A stretch of 32,000 nucleotides of DNA, taken from contig NC_018655.1 of NCBI RefSeq assembly GCF_000299365.1, positions 1,260,001-1,292,000 on the forward strand. Direction: 5' to 3'. Of the stretch, positions 22,656 to 31,619 are shown in pieces. The stretch comes from Candidatus Nitrosopumilus koreensis AR1. Lineage in GTDB: Archaea; Thermoproteota; Nitrososphaeria; Nitrososphaerales; Nitrosopumilaceae. A program made the translations under genes and the position numbers. Numbering within the stretch: position 1 is the stretch's first letter; every line of letters starts with the position of its first letter. The notes beneath the pieces are model-generated. The model was not told the DNA's origin, made no database searches, and saw nothing but the letters and a program-made list of their open reading frames with translations.

Positions 22656-23933
22656 ATGTATTCTGTGATTTTAACAGAATTGGGAATCTCAGTTTTTGAT
22701 GATGATAAACTAGAAAAATCATTTTCATTTTCAAATCCTGTAAAAGAGTATCTTTTAATAAAAAACAAAGAATCAAAACTAAACGAACTCATTAATTATC
22801 TAGCTTCAATTCAAAGAGGAGTTTCAGTAAGTGATGAGTCTCTACTTGCAATTTTAAAAAAAAGTAACATAGATTCTCAAATAATGGATGATTCAGAATT
22901 AGAAAGAATACAAGCATCAAAACCACAAATTATTGTTGATTCAGGATTTGCATCTAATCCTCAGGATGCATTAGGAAAACTAAGAGAATTTGCTTTAGGG
23001 TTATCATCTTCAAAGGTTACAGAAGTATCTGAAAGTCCAGACTTGCACATTATTCAAGCAATTAATTCATTAGATGAGATTGATAAAATTGCAAATGCTC
23101 TAAGTTCAAGATTAAGAGAATGGTATGGATTACATTTTCCTGAACTAGACAACGTCATTGATAGTATCAATGGTTATGCACAAATAGTCATAGCGGGAAA
23201 ACGTGAATCATTAACAAAACAAGTTTTTGAAGATGCAGGTTTTCCAGAATCAAAAGTTGAGATGTTATCTTTAATTTCTACAAAAAGTAGAGGAGGAGAC
23301 ATATCAGATGTCAATTTAACAATTGTTCAATCAATTGCAAAACAAATTTTAGACTTTCATGAATTACGTAAAAAACTTGAAGAACATATTGAATCTGAAA
23401 TGGAATCAATTGCACCAAATCTTTCTGCAATACTTGGCACAGCAGTAGGTGCTAGAATTTTGGGAAGGGCTGGCAGTCTTAAAAGATTGGCATCACTACC
23501 TGCAAGTACCATCCAAGTTCTTGGGGCAGAAAAAGCATTGTTTAGATCATTAAAGACTGGATCTCAACCACCAAAACATGGATTATTGTTCCAACATGCA
23601 ATGGTTCATGCAGCACCTAGATGGCAAAGAGGAAAAATTGCAAGAGCAATTGCTGCAAAAGCAGTCATTGCTGCCAGAGTTGATGTCTATGGCGAGGGAT
23701 TAAACAACACACTGCTTGAAAAGCTCAATATCAGAGTGGATGAAATAGGTAAGAAATACGAAAATCCAACAGAAAAAGACATCAGAAGACCAGAATCATT
23801 TAGACGAGATGGAGGTAATTTTAGAGACAGAGGCGGACGCAGAGATTTACTGTTTTCTTTGCGGGTTTTGCTTCTGCTTTTTTTGTTTTGGCTTTCTTTG
23901 GAGCAGAATCTAATACTTCTTTTTCTTTTTTAA
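22656..23933 (+). CDS. nop5: Nop5 (Nop56/58) C/D-box sRNP core protein; the last ~28 codons are an odd Leu/Phe-rich tail
   Basis: The Nop domain is NLSAILGTAVGARILGRAGSLKRLASLPASTIQVLGAEKALFRSLKTGSQPPKHGLLFQH. An RGG-like stretch follows, and then LLFSLRVLLLLFLFWLSLEQNLILLFLF, which is antisense to a Lys-rich reading frame. Confidence 0.88.
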   Translation: MYSVILTELGISVFDDDKLEKSFSFSNPVKEYLLIKNKESKLNELINYLASIQRGVSVSDESLLAILKKSNIDSQIMDDSELERIQASKPQIIVDSGFASNPQDALGKLREFALGLSSSKVTEVSESPDLHIIQAINSLDEIDKIANALSSRLREWYGLHFPELDNVIDSINGYAQIVIAGKRESLTKQVFEDAGFPESKVEMLSLISTKSRGGDISDVNLTIVQSIAKQILDFHELRKKLEEHIESEMESIAPNLSAILGTAVGARILGRAGSLKRLASLPASTIQVLGAEKALFRSLKTGSQPPKHGLLFQHAMVHAAPRWQRGKIARAIAAKAVIAARVDVYGEGLNNTLLEKLNIRVDEIGKKYENPTEKDIRRPESFRRDGGNFRDRGGRRDLLFSLRVLLLLFLFWLSLEQNLILLFLF

Positions 23934-23996
23934 TGCATCAAGTTCGGCCTGAATTTTCTTTGCTTCATCAACTAGTTTGTCTTTTTTCTTTGCCAT
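23910..23996 (-). CDS. Possible 28-aa Lys-rich miniprotein (MAKKKDKLVDEAKKIQAELDALKKKKKY), potentially extended to ~59 aa in the -1 frame
   Basis: Own translation. GGTGAT (Shine-Dalgarno-like) lies 3 nt upstream of the ATG at 23996. It sits 50 nt downstream of the co-directional 24047-24508 gene. The -1 frame stays open to 23821. Confidence 0.35.
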   Translation of the reverse strand: MAKKKDKLVDEAKKIQAELDALKKKKKY

Positions 23997-24046
23997 CAAA
24001 TCACCTTATTTTTTAAATTTAACTTCATATTCTCCATAAGTCATTC

Positions 24047-24508
24047 CTATTTAACAGTAAATTTTTCACTAATCGAGATGTTTTTAAGATCTTTTGAAAT
24101 CATTTCTGCTACAATTTGATATGAGCCAGGAGTGTCAATTATTTTTGAAAATTCATCTCCAACAGGAATTAACTCATTTCTTTCATCAAAACACTGTTCA
24201 AAAAATCCACCCTGAGTAATTACATCCTTTCCAGAATAGATGGTTATGTAAAGATCTCCACAATCAAATGATGAATCCTTTACTTCAATTGATACTTCTA
24301 CAGATTCGGAAGAAGAATATGATTTTGATAATCCAATTATTTTAATATCAGAATCATGTGAAGACGAGTCCCTAGAATAAGACATAGAAGGCATCATGTT
24401 TAATTCTCTATCAGGTTCTTGAAGAACAGCACCCATAACAACAGATCCAAAAACGATTGAAAGAATCACGGGTAAAACAAATACAATAAAGGTTATCTTT
24501 GATACCAT
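24047..24508 (-). CDS. Membrane-anchored/exported 153-aa protein with one Ig-like beta-sandwich-type domain
   Basis: The N-terminal TM segment is ITFIVFVLPVILSIVFGSVVMGAVL, followed by a Ser-rich linker. The domain then ends in DTPGSYQIVAEM, similar in style to the repeats of the 26779-28938 protein. Confidence 0.65.
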   Translation of the reverse strand: MVSKITFIVFVLPVILSIVFGSVVMGAVLQEPDRELNMMPSMSYSRDSSSHDSDIKIIGLSKSYSSSESVEVSIEVKDSSFDCGDLYITIYSGKDVITQGGFFEQCFDERNELIPVGDEFSKIIDTPGSYQIVAEMISKDLKNISISEKFTVK

Positions 24509-24611
24509 TTTATTTTAAAATCGCGGTTTCCCCTATATCTATTTAGCAAAACAATCAACTTCAGATCAATTTGACGAATGAGTTAAATCGTAGCCGACTA
24601 AATATCGCTTG

Positions 24612-26705
24612 ATGCGACTTAGAAAATTCAGAGTTAGAGCATATCGTTGCATTCATGATTCTGGAGAGATTACAGTCGGAGATTTAGCAGCATTTGTTGG
24701 AAGAAATGAGAGTGGAAAGACTACTATTCTTCAAGCATTAACTCTTTTGAATAGAGATGAGGAAGTTTCAGAATTAGATCTTTGTGACGAAATGAGTGAA
24801 GATCTCAAAAATGAGATCAAATTGGCAGAAGGGGAATTTGAATTAAATCAGCATGAAATTAAAATGTTAAAAGAAAAGTTTCCAAGTCTTCCAGAAATAA
24901 AAAAAATTAGATTATTTAGAACAAATAGAAAGCCCAAAGTTCAATACGAGTTTGATGATATTGAGCTTGGAGAAGAAGAAAATAAAGGACTCAATTCATG
25001 GGAAAACTTCTCAAAACAGATTATCGAATTTTTAGATACTATTCCAAATCACCTTAGAATTCAAATTGATACATCATTCTTTGAAGGAAGAGTCCCAAAT
25101 AATCAAGAATCGTTTGATAGAGGAATGGCAGAATTTAGCAATCAATTTCATGTTATTGCAATTCAAGAACCCAAAGTAATTGAAGAATGGGAAAAAATCT
25201 ATGCTAAACCAGAAAATCAATTTTCAAATTTACTAAGTGGAAAAAGTGAAAAAACAGCTCTACAAAACTTCATAGAATCAGAGTTACATCCAAGATTTGT
25301 TTATTTTTCAGATTATAAAAAAATCTACGGTAACATAAATCTCAACGAATATCTTAGAGAGGAAAAAGGAGATAGGGCAGACTCTATTGAATACATAGAG
25401 GAATTTGACAAAGCTGAGACTGTAAGAAATCTATTCTATCTGGCAGAGTTAGACATGAACGAGTTAGAAGAAGTTAAAGAGAGTCCATCAAAGTGTATCA
25501 AGTTACTAAATGCTGCAAGCAATAGATTGACTAGAAAACTAAATCCAGCATGGAAAGGAGATCCAATCCATGTAGACTTGAGATACAATCCAGGAAATAT
25601 CATGAGTGTTGTGATTTCAGATGTTCACAGGGATGGTACAGTAACCAATACGGGTTTACTAAACAGGAGGGCAGAGGGTTTTAAATGGACATTTTCTTTT
25701 ATTGTAAATTTTGCAGCTGAAACACAAAGAGCAGAGTTAAAAGAAGCAATTCTACTTTTAGATGAACCTGCAAGAAATCTTCACCCAACCCAACAGATGG
25801 GAATTTCAGATTTGTTAAAAAATTTGGCAGGATCTAACCAAGTTCTGTATGCAACACATTCACCGTTTATGATCTTTGATTATACACCTGGAAACTTACT
25901 TGTAGTAGAGTTAGATAAAAGAAAACACCTAAGCAGAATATTTTATGATTATTGGAACGCAGATGATAAAACATTAACACCAATTTTGTACGGATTATCA
26001 AGAGGGCAAGTAGAATCTATTGTAGACAGAGAGATAGGAACAAACTCCAGACCAGTCATCATAGTTGAAACAATGTCTGATTCTATGTATCTAAATGCAT
26101 TTGATAAATTCTTGCAAGATCCAAACATCTCAATGAATCCATTAAACGTGGTTGCAGCGTATAACAAAAATTCAGTTCTACCTTTGGCAATTTTTTACAG
26201 AAATCATGGATACAGAACGTTTATTCTATTAGACAATACTGAAGAATCTAAACAAATTTCAGCTCAACTAGTTTCAAACGAATTTTCAGCAGTTCAAACT
26301 ATTTTCTTTGAATTGGAAGGAAAAAAGCTTGAGTCAATTGAAGACTATATTGTTATTGAAGACTATCTACATCCAGTTAATCAAACATACGAGATTAAAT
26401 TAAGACAAGAAGGATTCTCAAATCTTACACCAGAAGATGTATTATCAAAAGAGGGCAAAGGTAATTTAGAAAAATTAAGAAAGATTTGGCAGGAACATAG
26501 TGATGATGATTGGGGCAAATTTGACAATGAAGAAATTACCAGATACATATGTGAAAAAATTGCATTAGAAGAGACTGATTTTCTCTCCGATAAAACAAAA
26601 GACCAGTTTAGATCATTGTATAGACTAATTGCAGAGCGAATTAGACAATATCAAAATGTTAGTACAAAGTCAGATTTAGATAAATTTCAAAAGGCCAAAG
26701 CTTAA
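24612..26705 (+). CDS. OLD-family-like protein: N-terminal ABC/SMC-type ATPase (AAA_15/21-like) plus a C-terminal Toprim-like domain
   Basis: Motifs in order: LRKFRVRAYRCI, Walker A GRNESGKTT, a long helical insert, RRAEGFKWTFSF, Walker B ILLLDEPARNLHP, ATHSPFM. These are followed by RPVIIVETMSDSMYL and TFILLDNTEES, which are Toprim-like Glu and acidic motifs. The ORF track starts at TTG 24609; ATG at 24612 is preferred. Confidence 0.8.
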   Translation: MRLRKFRVRAYRCIHDSGEITVGDLAAFVGRNESGKTTILQALTLLNRDEEVSELDLCDEMSEDLKNEIKLAEGEFELNQHEIKMLKEKFPSLPEIKKIRLFRTNRKPKVQYEFDDIELGEEENKGLNSWENFSKQIIEFLDTIPNHLRIQIDTSFFEGRVPNNQESFDRGMAEFSNQFHVIAIQEPKVIEEWEKIYAKPENQFSNLLSGKSEKTALQNFIESELHPRFVYFSDYKKIYGNINLNEYLREEKGDRADSIEYIEEFDKAETVRNLFYLAELDMNELEEVKESPSKCIKLLNAASNRLTRKLNPAWKGDPIHVDLRYNPGNIMSVVISDVHRDGTVTNTGLLNRRAEGFKWTFSFIVNFAAETQRAELKEAILLLDEPARNLHPTQQMGISDLLKNLAGSNQVLYATHSPFMIFDYTPGNLLVVELDKRKHLSRIFYDYWNADDKTLTPILYGLSRGQVESIVDREIGTNSRPVIIVETMSDSMYLNAFDKFLQDPNISMNPLNVVAAYNKNSVLPLAIFYRNHGYRTFILLDNTEESKQISAQLVSNEFSAVQTIFFELEGKKLESIEDYIVIEDYLHPVNQTYEIKLRQEGFSNLTPEDVLSKEGKGNLEKLRKIWQEHSDDDWGKFDNEEITRYICEKIALEETDFLSDKTKDQFRSLYRLIAERIRQYQNVSTKSDLDKFQKAKA

Positions 26706-26778
26706 GAAGTTTGCTCATGATAAATACTGAATTTAGAAATATGGAAATTAAAAAAAAGATTTAAGGTTTAAGAGAGAG

Positions 26779-28938
26779 ATGAGCAGTTTGAAAATAATGA
26801 ACAAGCCCTCTATGAGAGGAATTTTACTCTCAATTGTATTGTTATTTTCAATAGCGTTAATTTCAATTCCACCAGATGTTTACGCTCAAGGAATTAATGC
26901 AGAAAGTGTAGGACTGGAAGAGACAACAATAATAGAATTTACAAATGATTCAGATGAGGAGATCAATAGTTTTAGAATATGGTTAGGTGCAGACTTCAAT
27001 TTCAAGTCATTTAAAACTGAAAAAGGATGGGTAGGTGAAAAAACTCCACAAGGAGTCATTATTTTTACAACTTCAGAATCAATCAAAAAAGGAGAGTCAG
27101 TGAAGTTTGGAGTAAAAACAGACAACAAAAATCCAGGAATCAACTGGAAGGCAATTGACATAAAAAGTAATGAGCAAGATACAGGAAAAGTACTACCAAA
27201 AGAATTACCCCCAGTTGTAGAAAATACAGAAATTAAATCAGGAAAAACATCCACAGGTGCAGGAATTCTTTCAGATTCAATTTTTAGGATAATCCCAGAA
27301 AAACCTAATGCAGGTTCATCTATCAGAGTAACAGGAGATAATTTTGGAGCATCACAAGAATTTGATTTTTACATAGATAATTCAAAAATTGGCAGTTTTG
27401 AAACAGATGAAAATGGTCACTTTATGACAACAATGAAAATTCCAGAAAATCAAGATGCAGAAAGAGTAGATTTTAAGGTTAAAGATAGTGACGGAGAAGA
27501 AAAAAAGATCAGTTTAAGATTAGGACAAGTAGAAAATAGAATCCCAATTGCAGAAAACATTAAACTTACAATTAAGGGAATTCCAGATGTAATTCATAGA
27601 GGCGACTTTTTAGAGATTTCAGGTACAGGAAAACCCAACAGTGCAGTTACTGCAGAAATTAAAACAGAAGATGGAAAAATAATTAATTCAAGAACAGCTG
27701 AAATTGATGCTAAAGGAAACTGGAAATTGGCGGAACCAATAATCATTCCACTAGACACCCCATTTGGTAAATATAGTGCCACTATTACTGATGGAAGAGA
27801 AAATATTCTAAAATCATGGACAGTGGAAACAGATAAAAAAATAATCATTGCACCATCTGAATTAAAATTTGAACTTGGCGAAATAATGCAATTTAATGGA
27901 ACAGCGGTGCCTAACAAACCAATTGAGATTGTTTTAGAAGATCCTCAAGGAAAAGAATTGTTTTCAGACATAATTCAGGTAGATGAATCAGGATTTATAG
28001 AATTTGAATACAAAACAGAACAATCATCTGCTAAAGGCACATACACATTAATTGCAACTCAAGAAAAAGATACAGAGTTTATTTATGCCGGATTAGGTCA
28101 ACTACCTACAATTCCAGTCAATTTAGAATTTGATAAATTAAATTATAGCACTGCAGATACAGCAATGATTTCATTTACTGGAAAAGCTTCTGAAATCATT
28201 AGCTTGTTAATCATAGATCCATCTGACAAACCAAAAGGTGATACGATTTCTATCAAACTAGAACCAGACGGTACTGCAGAATATGAACTTGATTTATCAG
28301 GATATGCATCAGGGGTCTATTCAGCTGTAGCTAGTAAAGGAAGTGCACAAAGTTCAGAGATCTTCACAGTAGGATTACAAACAGGATCAGGGGAAATTCA
28401 GATAAACACAACAAAGTTAAGTTATGCCCCAGGAGATTCCGTGTTAATTTTAGGAGATACTGCAAAGAACGTGTTGCTTACAGTAACAATGAAGGATCCT
28501 GATGGAAATATAGTAAAAGAAAGACAAACTTTTTCAGATAAGAACGGAAAAATTTCAGAAGGGTCATTTAGAATCCCATCAGAGGCAAAAAGTGGAATGT
28601 GGACAATTACTGCAAAGAGCGGCTCAAACTTTGACACGATAGAAATAGAAGTAATATCAACAGTTACCGAAGGCATACAAATTTCTGTTCAAAAAGGTGC
28701 AGATATCCCAGGATATGGAAAAACTTTGCAAATAAAGATAGTAGGAGTTAGTCAAACAGTAAATATTGATATTATATCTGAAGAAGGAGAGATCATAGAG
28801 TCACTATCGTTCCAAGCATCATCACAAGGAGAGATAAATCAACCATGGATAATTCCAAAAGATACAGAGCCAGGAACATACACAATTAAAGTACATGATG
28901 CGTTTACTTCAGGCGAAACTACATTTGAGATAGAGTAA
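26779..28938 (+). CDS. Secreted 719-aa protein made of tandem Ig-like (IPT/MG/Big-type) domains
   Basis: The signal peptide is ...LLSIVLLFSIALISIPPDVYA/QG. At least 5 repeats of about 85-90 aa end in G(K/T/V)Y(S/T)xxx motifs (FGKYSATITD, KGTYTLIATQ, SGVYSAVASK, SGMWTITAKS, PGTYTIKVHD). Confidence 0.85.
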   Translation: MSSLKIMNKPSMRGILLSIVLLFSIALISIPPDVYAQGINAESVGLEETTIIEFTNDSDEEINSFRIWLGADFNFKSFKTEKGWVGEKTPQGVIIFTTSESIKKGESVKFGVKTDNKNPGINWKAIDIKSNEQDTGKVLPKELPPVVENTEIKSGKTSTGAGILSDSIFRIIPEKPNAGSSIRVTGDNFGASQEFDFYIDNSKIGSFETDENGHFMTTMKIPENQDAERVDFKVKDSDGEEKKISLRLGQVENRIPIAENIKLTIKGIPDVIHRGDFLEISGTGKPNSAVTAEIKTEDGKIINSRTAEIDAKGNWKLAEPIIIPLDTPFGKYSATITDGRENILKSWTVETDKKIIIAPSELKFELGEIMQFNGTAVPNKPIEIVLEDPQGKELFSDIIQVDESGFIEFEYKTEQSSAKGTYTLIATQEKDTEFIYAGLGQLPTIPVNLEFDKLNYSTADTAMISFTGKASEIISLLIIDPSDKPKGDTISIKLEPDGTAEYELDLSGYASGVYSAVASKGSAQSSEIFTVGLQTGSGEIQINTTKLSYAPGDSVLILGDTAKNVLLTVTMKDPDGNIVKERQTFSDKNGKISEGSFRIPSEAKSGMWTITAKSGSNFDTIEIEVISTVTEGIQISVQKGADIPGYGKTLQIKIVGVSQTVNIDIISEEGEIIESLSFQASSQGEINQPWIIPKDTEPGTYTIKVHDAFTSGETTFEIE

Positions 28939-28976
28939 CATCAAACAATTTTATTTTACCTAAATTCACCACTTCT

Positions 28977-29489
28977 ATGAACCTAAAAGACAGAATAGCT
29001 GAATATCCAAATTTCCCTAAAAAGGGGATTTTATTTAGAGATTTTAGCCCCATCCTAAAAGATCCATCAGCAATGACAACTATTGCTGATGAATTTTCAA
29101 AACATTTTCATCCAAAAAATATTGATCTTTTTGCAGGAATAGAATCAAGAGGATTCATTCTTGCTTGTATTCTAGCCACAAGATACAACAAGGGAATGAT
29201 GATGATTAGAAAGGCAGGAAAACTACCAGGCAAAACCATAAAGATGTCATACACAATTGAATATGGAAAGGATACCATAGAGATTCAAAAAGACATAATC
29301 AAAGAAGGACAAAGAGTCCTTATTTGTGATGATTTGCTTGCTACAGGAGGAACAGCTAAGGCATCTGCAAAACTAATTGAAAAAGTAGGAGGAAAAATTG
29401 TAGGTTTTGCATTCATTATTGAATTAACAGATCTTAATGGAATGAAAGGAATAAGCAAGTATGATTGTAAATCATTGGTGAAGTATTAA
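28977..29489 (+). CDS. apt: Adenine phosphoribosyltransferase
   Basis: 170 aa. Motifs: [21 protein letters not shown] and the PRPP motif [14 protein letters not shown]. Confidence 0.92.
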   Translation: MNLKDRIAEYPNFPKKGILFRDFSPILKDPSAMTTIADEFSKHFHPKNIDLFAGIESRGFILACILATRYNKGMMMIRKAGKLPGKTIKMSYTIEYGKDTIEIQKDIIKEGQRVLICDDLLATGGTAKASAKLIEKVGGKIVGFAFIIELTDLNGMKGISKYDCKSLVKY

Positions 29490-30280
29490 TGGAAAAAGAT
29501 GTAGAAATTGGGATTTTTGGCGGTACTGGAATTTATGACTCAGGATTACTAGAAGATGCACAAGAAGTAGATATCGACACCCCATATGGAAAACCATCAG
29601 ACACAATAACAGTGGGGACTTTCAAAGGAAGAAAAATTGCTTTTCTTCCTAGACATGGAAAAAAACATACAATTCCCCCACATATGATTAATTATAAAGC
29701 AAATATTTGGGCATTCAAAGAGTTAGGAGTCACAAGAATTATTGCTCCATCAGCAGTCGGAAGCCTAAAAGAAGAATTAGAGCCAGGGCATTTTGTATTG
29801 CCATCACAATTTCTAGATTTTACAAAATCAAGAGACGGTTCATTTTCTGAAAACGGCAGAGTTATTCATATTTCAGTAGCAGATCCATTCTGTCCAGAGT
29901 TGCAATCATCAATTACAAAAGTTACAGACAATCAAAATATAAAAATTCATAAAAATTGTACATACGTATGTATTGAAGGCCCAAGATTTTCTACAAAAGC
30001 AGAATCAAAATTCTACAGAACAACAGGTGCAGACATTATCGGAATGACACTAGTTCCAGAATGTCAACTAGCAAGAGAAGCACAGATTTGTTATGCATCA
30101 ATCTCAACAGTAACGGATTATGATGTTTGGGCAGAAAAACCAGTAACTGCAAAAGAAGTATTAGAAACACTTTCAAAAAATGTTGAAGGAACAAAGAAAA
30201 TACTAACAGAGTTAATTGAAACAATTCCTGAAATTAGAAGTTGTTCTTGTGCAAAAGCATTAGAAGAAGCAGAATTCTAG
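29489..30280 (+). CDS. mtnP: S-methyl-5'-thioadenosine phosphorylase
   Basis: 263 aa. Motifs: [39 protein letters not shown]. The start overlaps the apt stop codon by 1 nt (TAATG). Confidence 0.92.
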   Translation: MEKDVEIGIFGGTGIYDSGLLEDAQEVDIDTPYGKPSDTITVGTFKGRKIAFLPRHGKKHTIPPHMINYKANIWAFKELGVTRIIAPSAVGSLKEELEPGHFVLPSQFLDFTKSRDGSFSENGRVIHISVADPFCPELQSSITKVTDNQNIKIHKNCTYVCIEGPRFSTKAESKFYRTTGADIIGMTLVPECQLAREAQICYASISTVTDYDVWAEKPVTAKEVLETLSKNVEGTKKILTELIETIPEIRSCSCAKALEEAEF

Positions 30281-30561
30281 TCGTCAACAAATGATTCTTT
30301 TTTGAGTCCTTCTGGAAGAGACAAATCTCCTTGAAGTAAGTTTCTTTGAAGAGACATTATTACCTCGTCAACATCATAACCTAGTTTTTCTAATTCTTTT
30401 TCAGTAGTTTTTGAAATTTTTGCTCCAACATTTTGTCCACCTATTCTTCCAAAAGCAATTGCTGTAAAACGAAAATCATTATCACCTATGGTAAATTTAC
30501 CATTAATCTTTGCAGCCATTTGACTGCCATGAATATCATTAATGTGAACTTTGAGTTCCAT
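30277..30561 (-). CDS. Hypothetical 94-aa protein
   Basis: ORF track. It is the last gene of a 3-gene minus-strand string (gaps 21 and 8 nt) and overlaps the mtnP stop convergently. Confidence 0.55.
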   Translation of the reverse strand: MELKVHINDIHGSQMAAKINGKFTIGDNDFRFTAIAFGRIGGQNVGAKISKTTEKELEKLGYDVDEVIMSLQRNLLQGDLSLPEGLKKESFVDD

Positions 30562-30569
30562 GTTAGAAA

Positions 30570-30968
30570 TTAAATTTCCACTGCTTTGTTGACGTTATCA
30601 TCAATCAAAAAGCTCCAGTGTTTTTCATCTTCAACTTTGTAATCTTTTACTGTTAAAGGAATTATCTTTTCATCAAGACATTCGTGCTTGATTTCGCCAT
30701 TTTCTTTTAATTTTACTAATTTCCACTTGTATTTTCCCTGTTGTAATTTACAAACTGTAACACCCCATTTTGCATCAGGATCGATTTTTGGCATCCCTAC
30801 AAGATCAGCTAATTCTTCAATTCCAAGTTGTTTTTCTTCACAAAATCTTTTCTTACAAACACCACATCTCCAAACATCAACGGACCCAATAGTTCTTTCA
30901 TCTATGTTGATGTTAACCACACCAAAGTAAACAGGTTGATGTTTGCATGTTTCAGTATCAATAGTCAA
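30570..30968 (-). CDS. Hypothetical 132-aa protein with an N-terminal Cys cluster (C..CGVCKKRFC)
   Basis: ORF track. The zinc-ribbon-like WRCGVCKKRFCEE is followed by a Lys-rich beta-type region. Confidence 0.55.
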   Translation of the reverse strand: MTIDTETCKHQPVYFGVVNINIDERTIGSVDVWRCGVCKKRFCEEKQLGIEELADLVGMPKIDPDAKWGVTVCKLQQGKYKWKLVKLKENGEIKHECLDEKIIPLTVKDYKVEDEKHWSFLIDDNVNKAVEI

Positions 30969-30989
30969 TGCAGTTCAAAAATCGAAGTG

Positions 30990-31349
30990 TTATTTAGTTC
31001 TTGCATCATCATATGGTTTTTCCAAAATCACACCTATATTATCAACAACTTTGTTTCGCTTAAATTCAATATTTTCTCGCTCACACATTCGTCTATACAT
31101 GTTAACCACAGTAAATCTGGGATGCATTGCCTCAAATTCAGTTTCAGAAATATCTATGAAAGCACCCAGATTCATCAGATCTTTTGTTGCTATTTTTGCA
31201 TCATTCAAAGAAATCTTTAATTTTTCTGAAATTGTTTGAGGAGACATTTTTCCATAACAGGTAACAAGCAAATACACTTTGGCCTGTACAGAATTCAAAT
31301 GAATTTCAGATATTAGATCATCTTCAATTTTAGAATCCATATTTTTCAA
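30990..31349 (-). CDS. Small winged-helix (TrmB/MarR-like) putative transcription regulator
   Basis: LNSVQAKVYLLVTCYGKMSPQTISEKLKISLNDAKIATKDLMNLGAFI fits the HTH plus wing pattern of TrmB-like regulators. Confidence 0.6.
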   Translation of the reverse strand: MKNMDSKIEDDLISEIHLNSVQAKVYLLVTCYGKMSPQTISEKLKISLNDAKIATKDLMNLGAFIDISETEFEAMHPRFTVVNMYRRMCERENIEFKRNKVVDNIGVILEKPYDDARTK

Positions 31350-31381
31350 TTAGATGATTGTAATAAAACATGATCTATGCA

Positions 31382-31603
31382 TTATTTTTTTACCAACAGT
31401 TTTTTTGAAATTTTTAAGGAAAAACCCATTGCAATAAAGTGAATTACTGCACCCAAAATTGCCCCTAAAATCATGTCATCTAGAAAAACCCAAACTAAGA
31501 CAAATGCAATAAGAGAAGGAACAGATATGATTACAGCAACAACTGTACCTCTAATCATAATTTCACGTTTTGTTAATTTGGTAAATTTTTCATCCTCAGT
31601 CAT
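31382..31603 (-). CDS. Small membrane protein (73 aa, 2 predicted TM helices)
   Basis: Hydrophobic stretches VVAVIISVPSLIAFVLVWVFL and ILGAILGAVIHFIAMGF. Confidence 0.5.
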   Translation of the reverse strand: MTEDEKFTKLTKREIMIRGTVVAVIISVPSLIAFVLVWVFLDDMILGAILGAVIHFIAMGFSLKISKKLLVKK

Positions 31604-31619
31604 AGCTCAAATTTTAAAA

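Noticed and set aside
22570-22776. The ORF-track version of pyrD extends about 69 codons further upstream and overlaps the nop5 start by 121 nt.
   Set aside because: The extension (MILCFLLKDTLLQDLKMKMIFLVYHHQ...) has no similarity to PyrD N-termini and would eliminate the intergenic promoter region. GTG at 22569 gives the usual length of about 300 aa and has a correctly spaced TATA-like box.
23846-23933. Considered the Leu/Phe-rich Nop5 tail as a genuine C-terminal membrane anchor.
   Set aside because: Nop5 is a soluble RNP scaffold protein. The tail is exactly the complement of a Lys-codon-rich stretch, so it is more simply explained as frame carry-over, sequence error or rearrangement. It is kept as a finding rather than a functional call.
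24612-26705. Considered calling the ATPase-Toprim gene GajA of a Gabija system, or part of a retron or Septu-type system.
   Set aside because: No GajB/UvrD-like helicase, reverse transcriptase or PtuB-like HNH gene is adjacent, and the flanking genes are exported Ig-like proteins. Only the generic call of an OLD/PARIS-like single-gene architecture is supportable.
26886-28676. Three minus-strand ORFs (122, 107 and 84 aa) inside the 719-aa secreted-protein gene. The same applies to 6447-6635, 7340-7781, 9653-9868, 20004-20240, 21211-21657 and 30688-31239 inside other genes.
   Set aside because: All lie fully within longer ORFs that carry clear family motifs or a repeat architecture. Their composition is typical of antisense frames.
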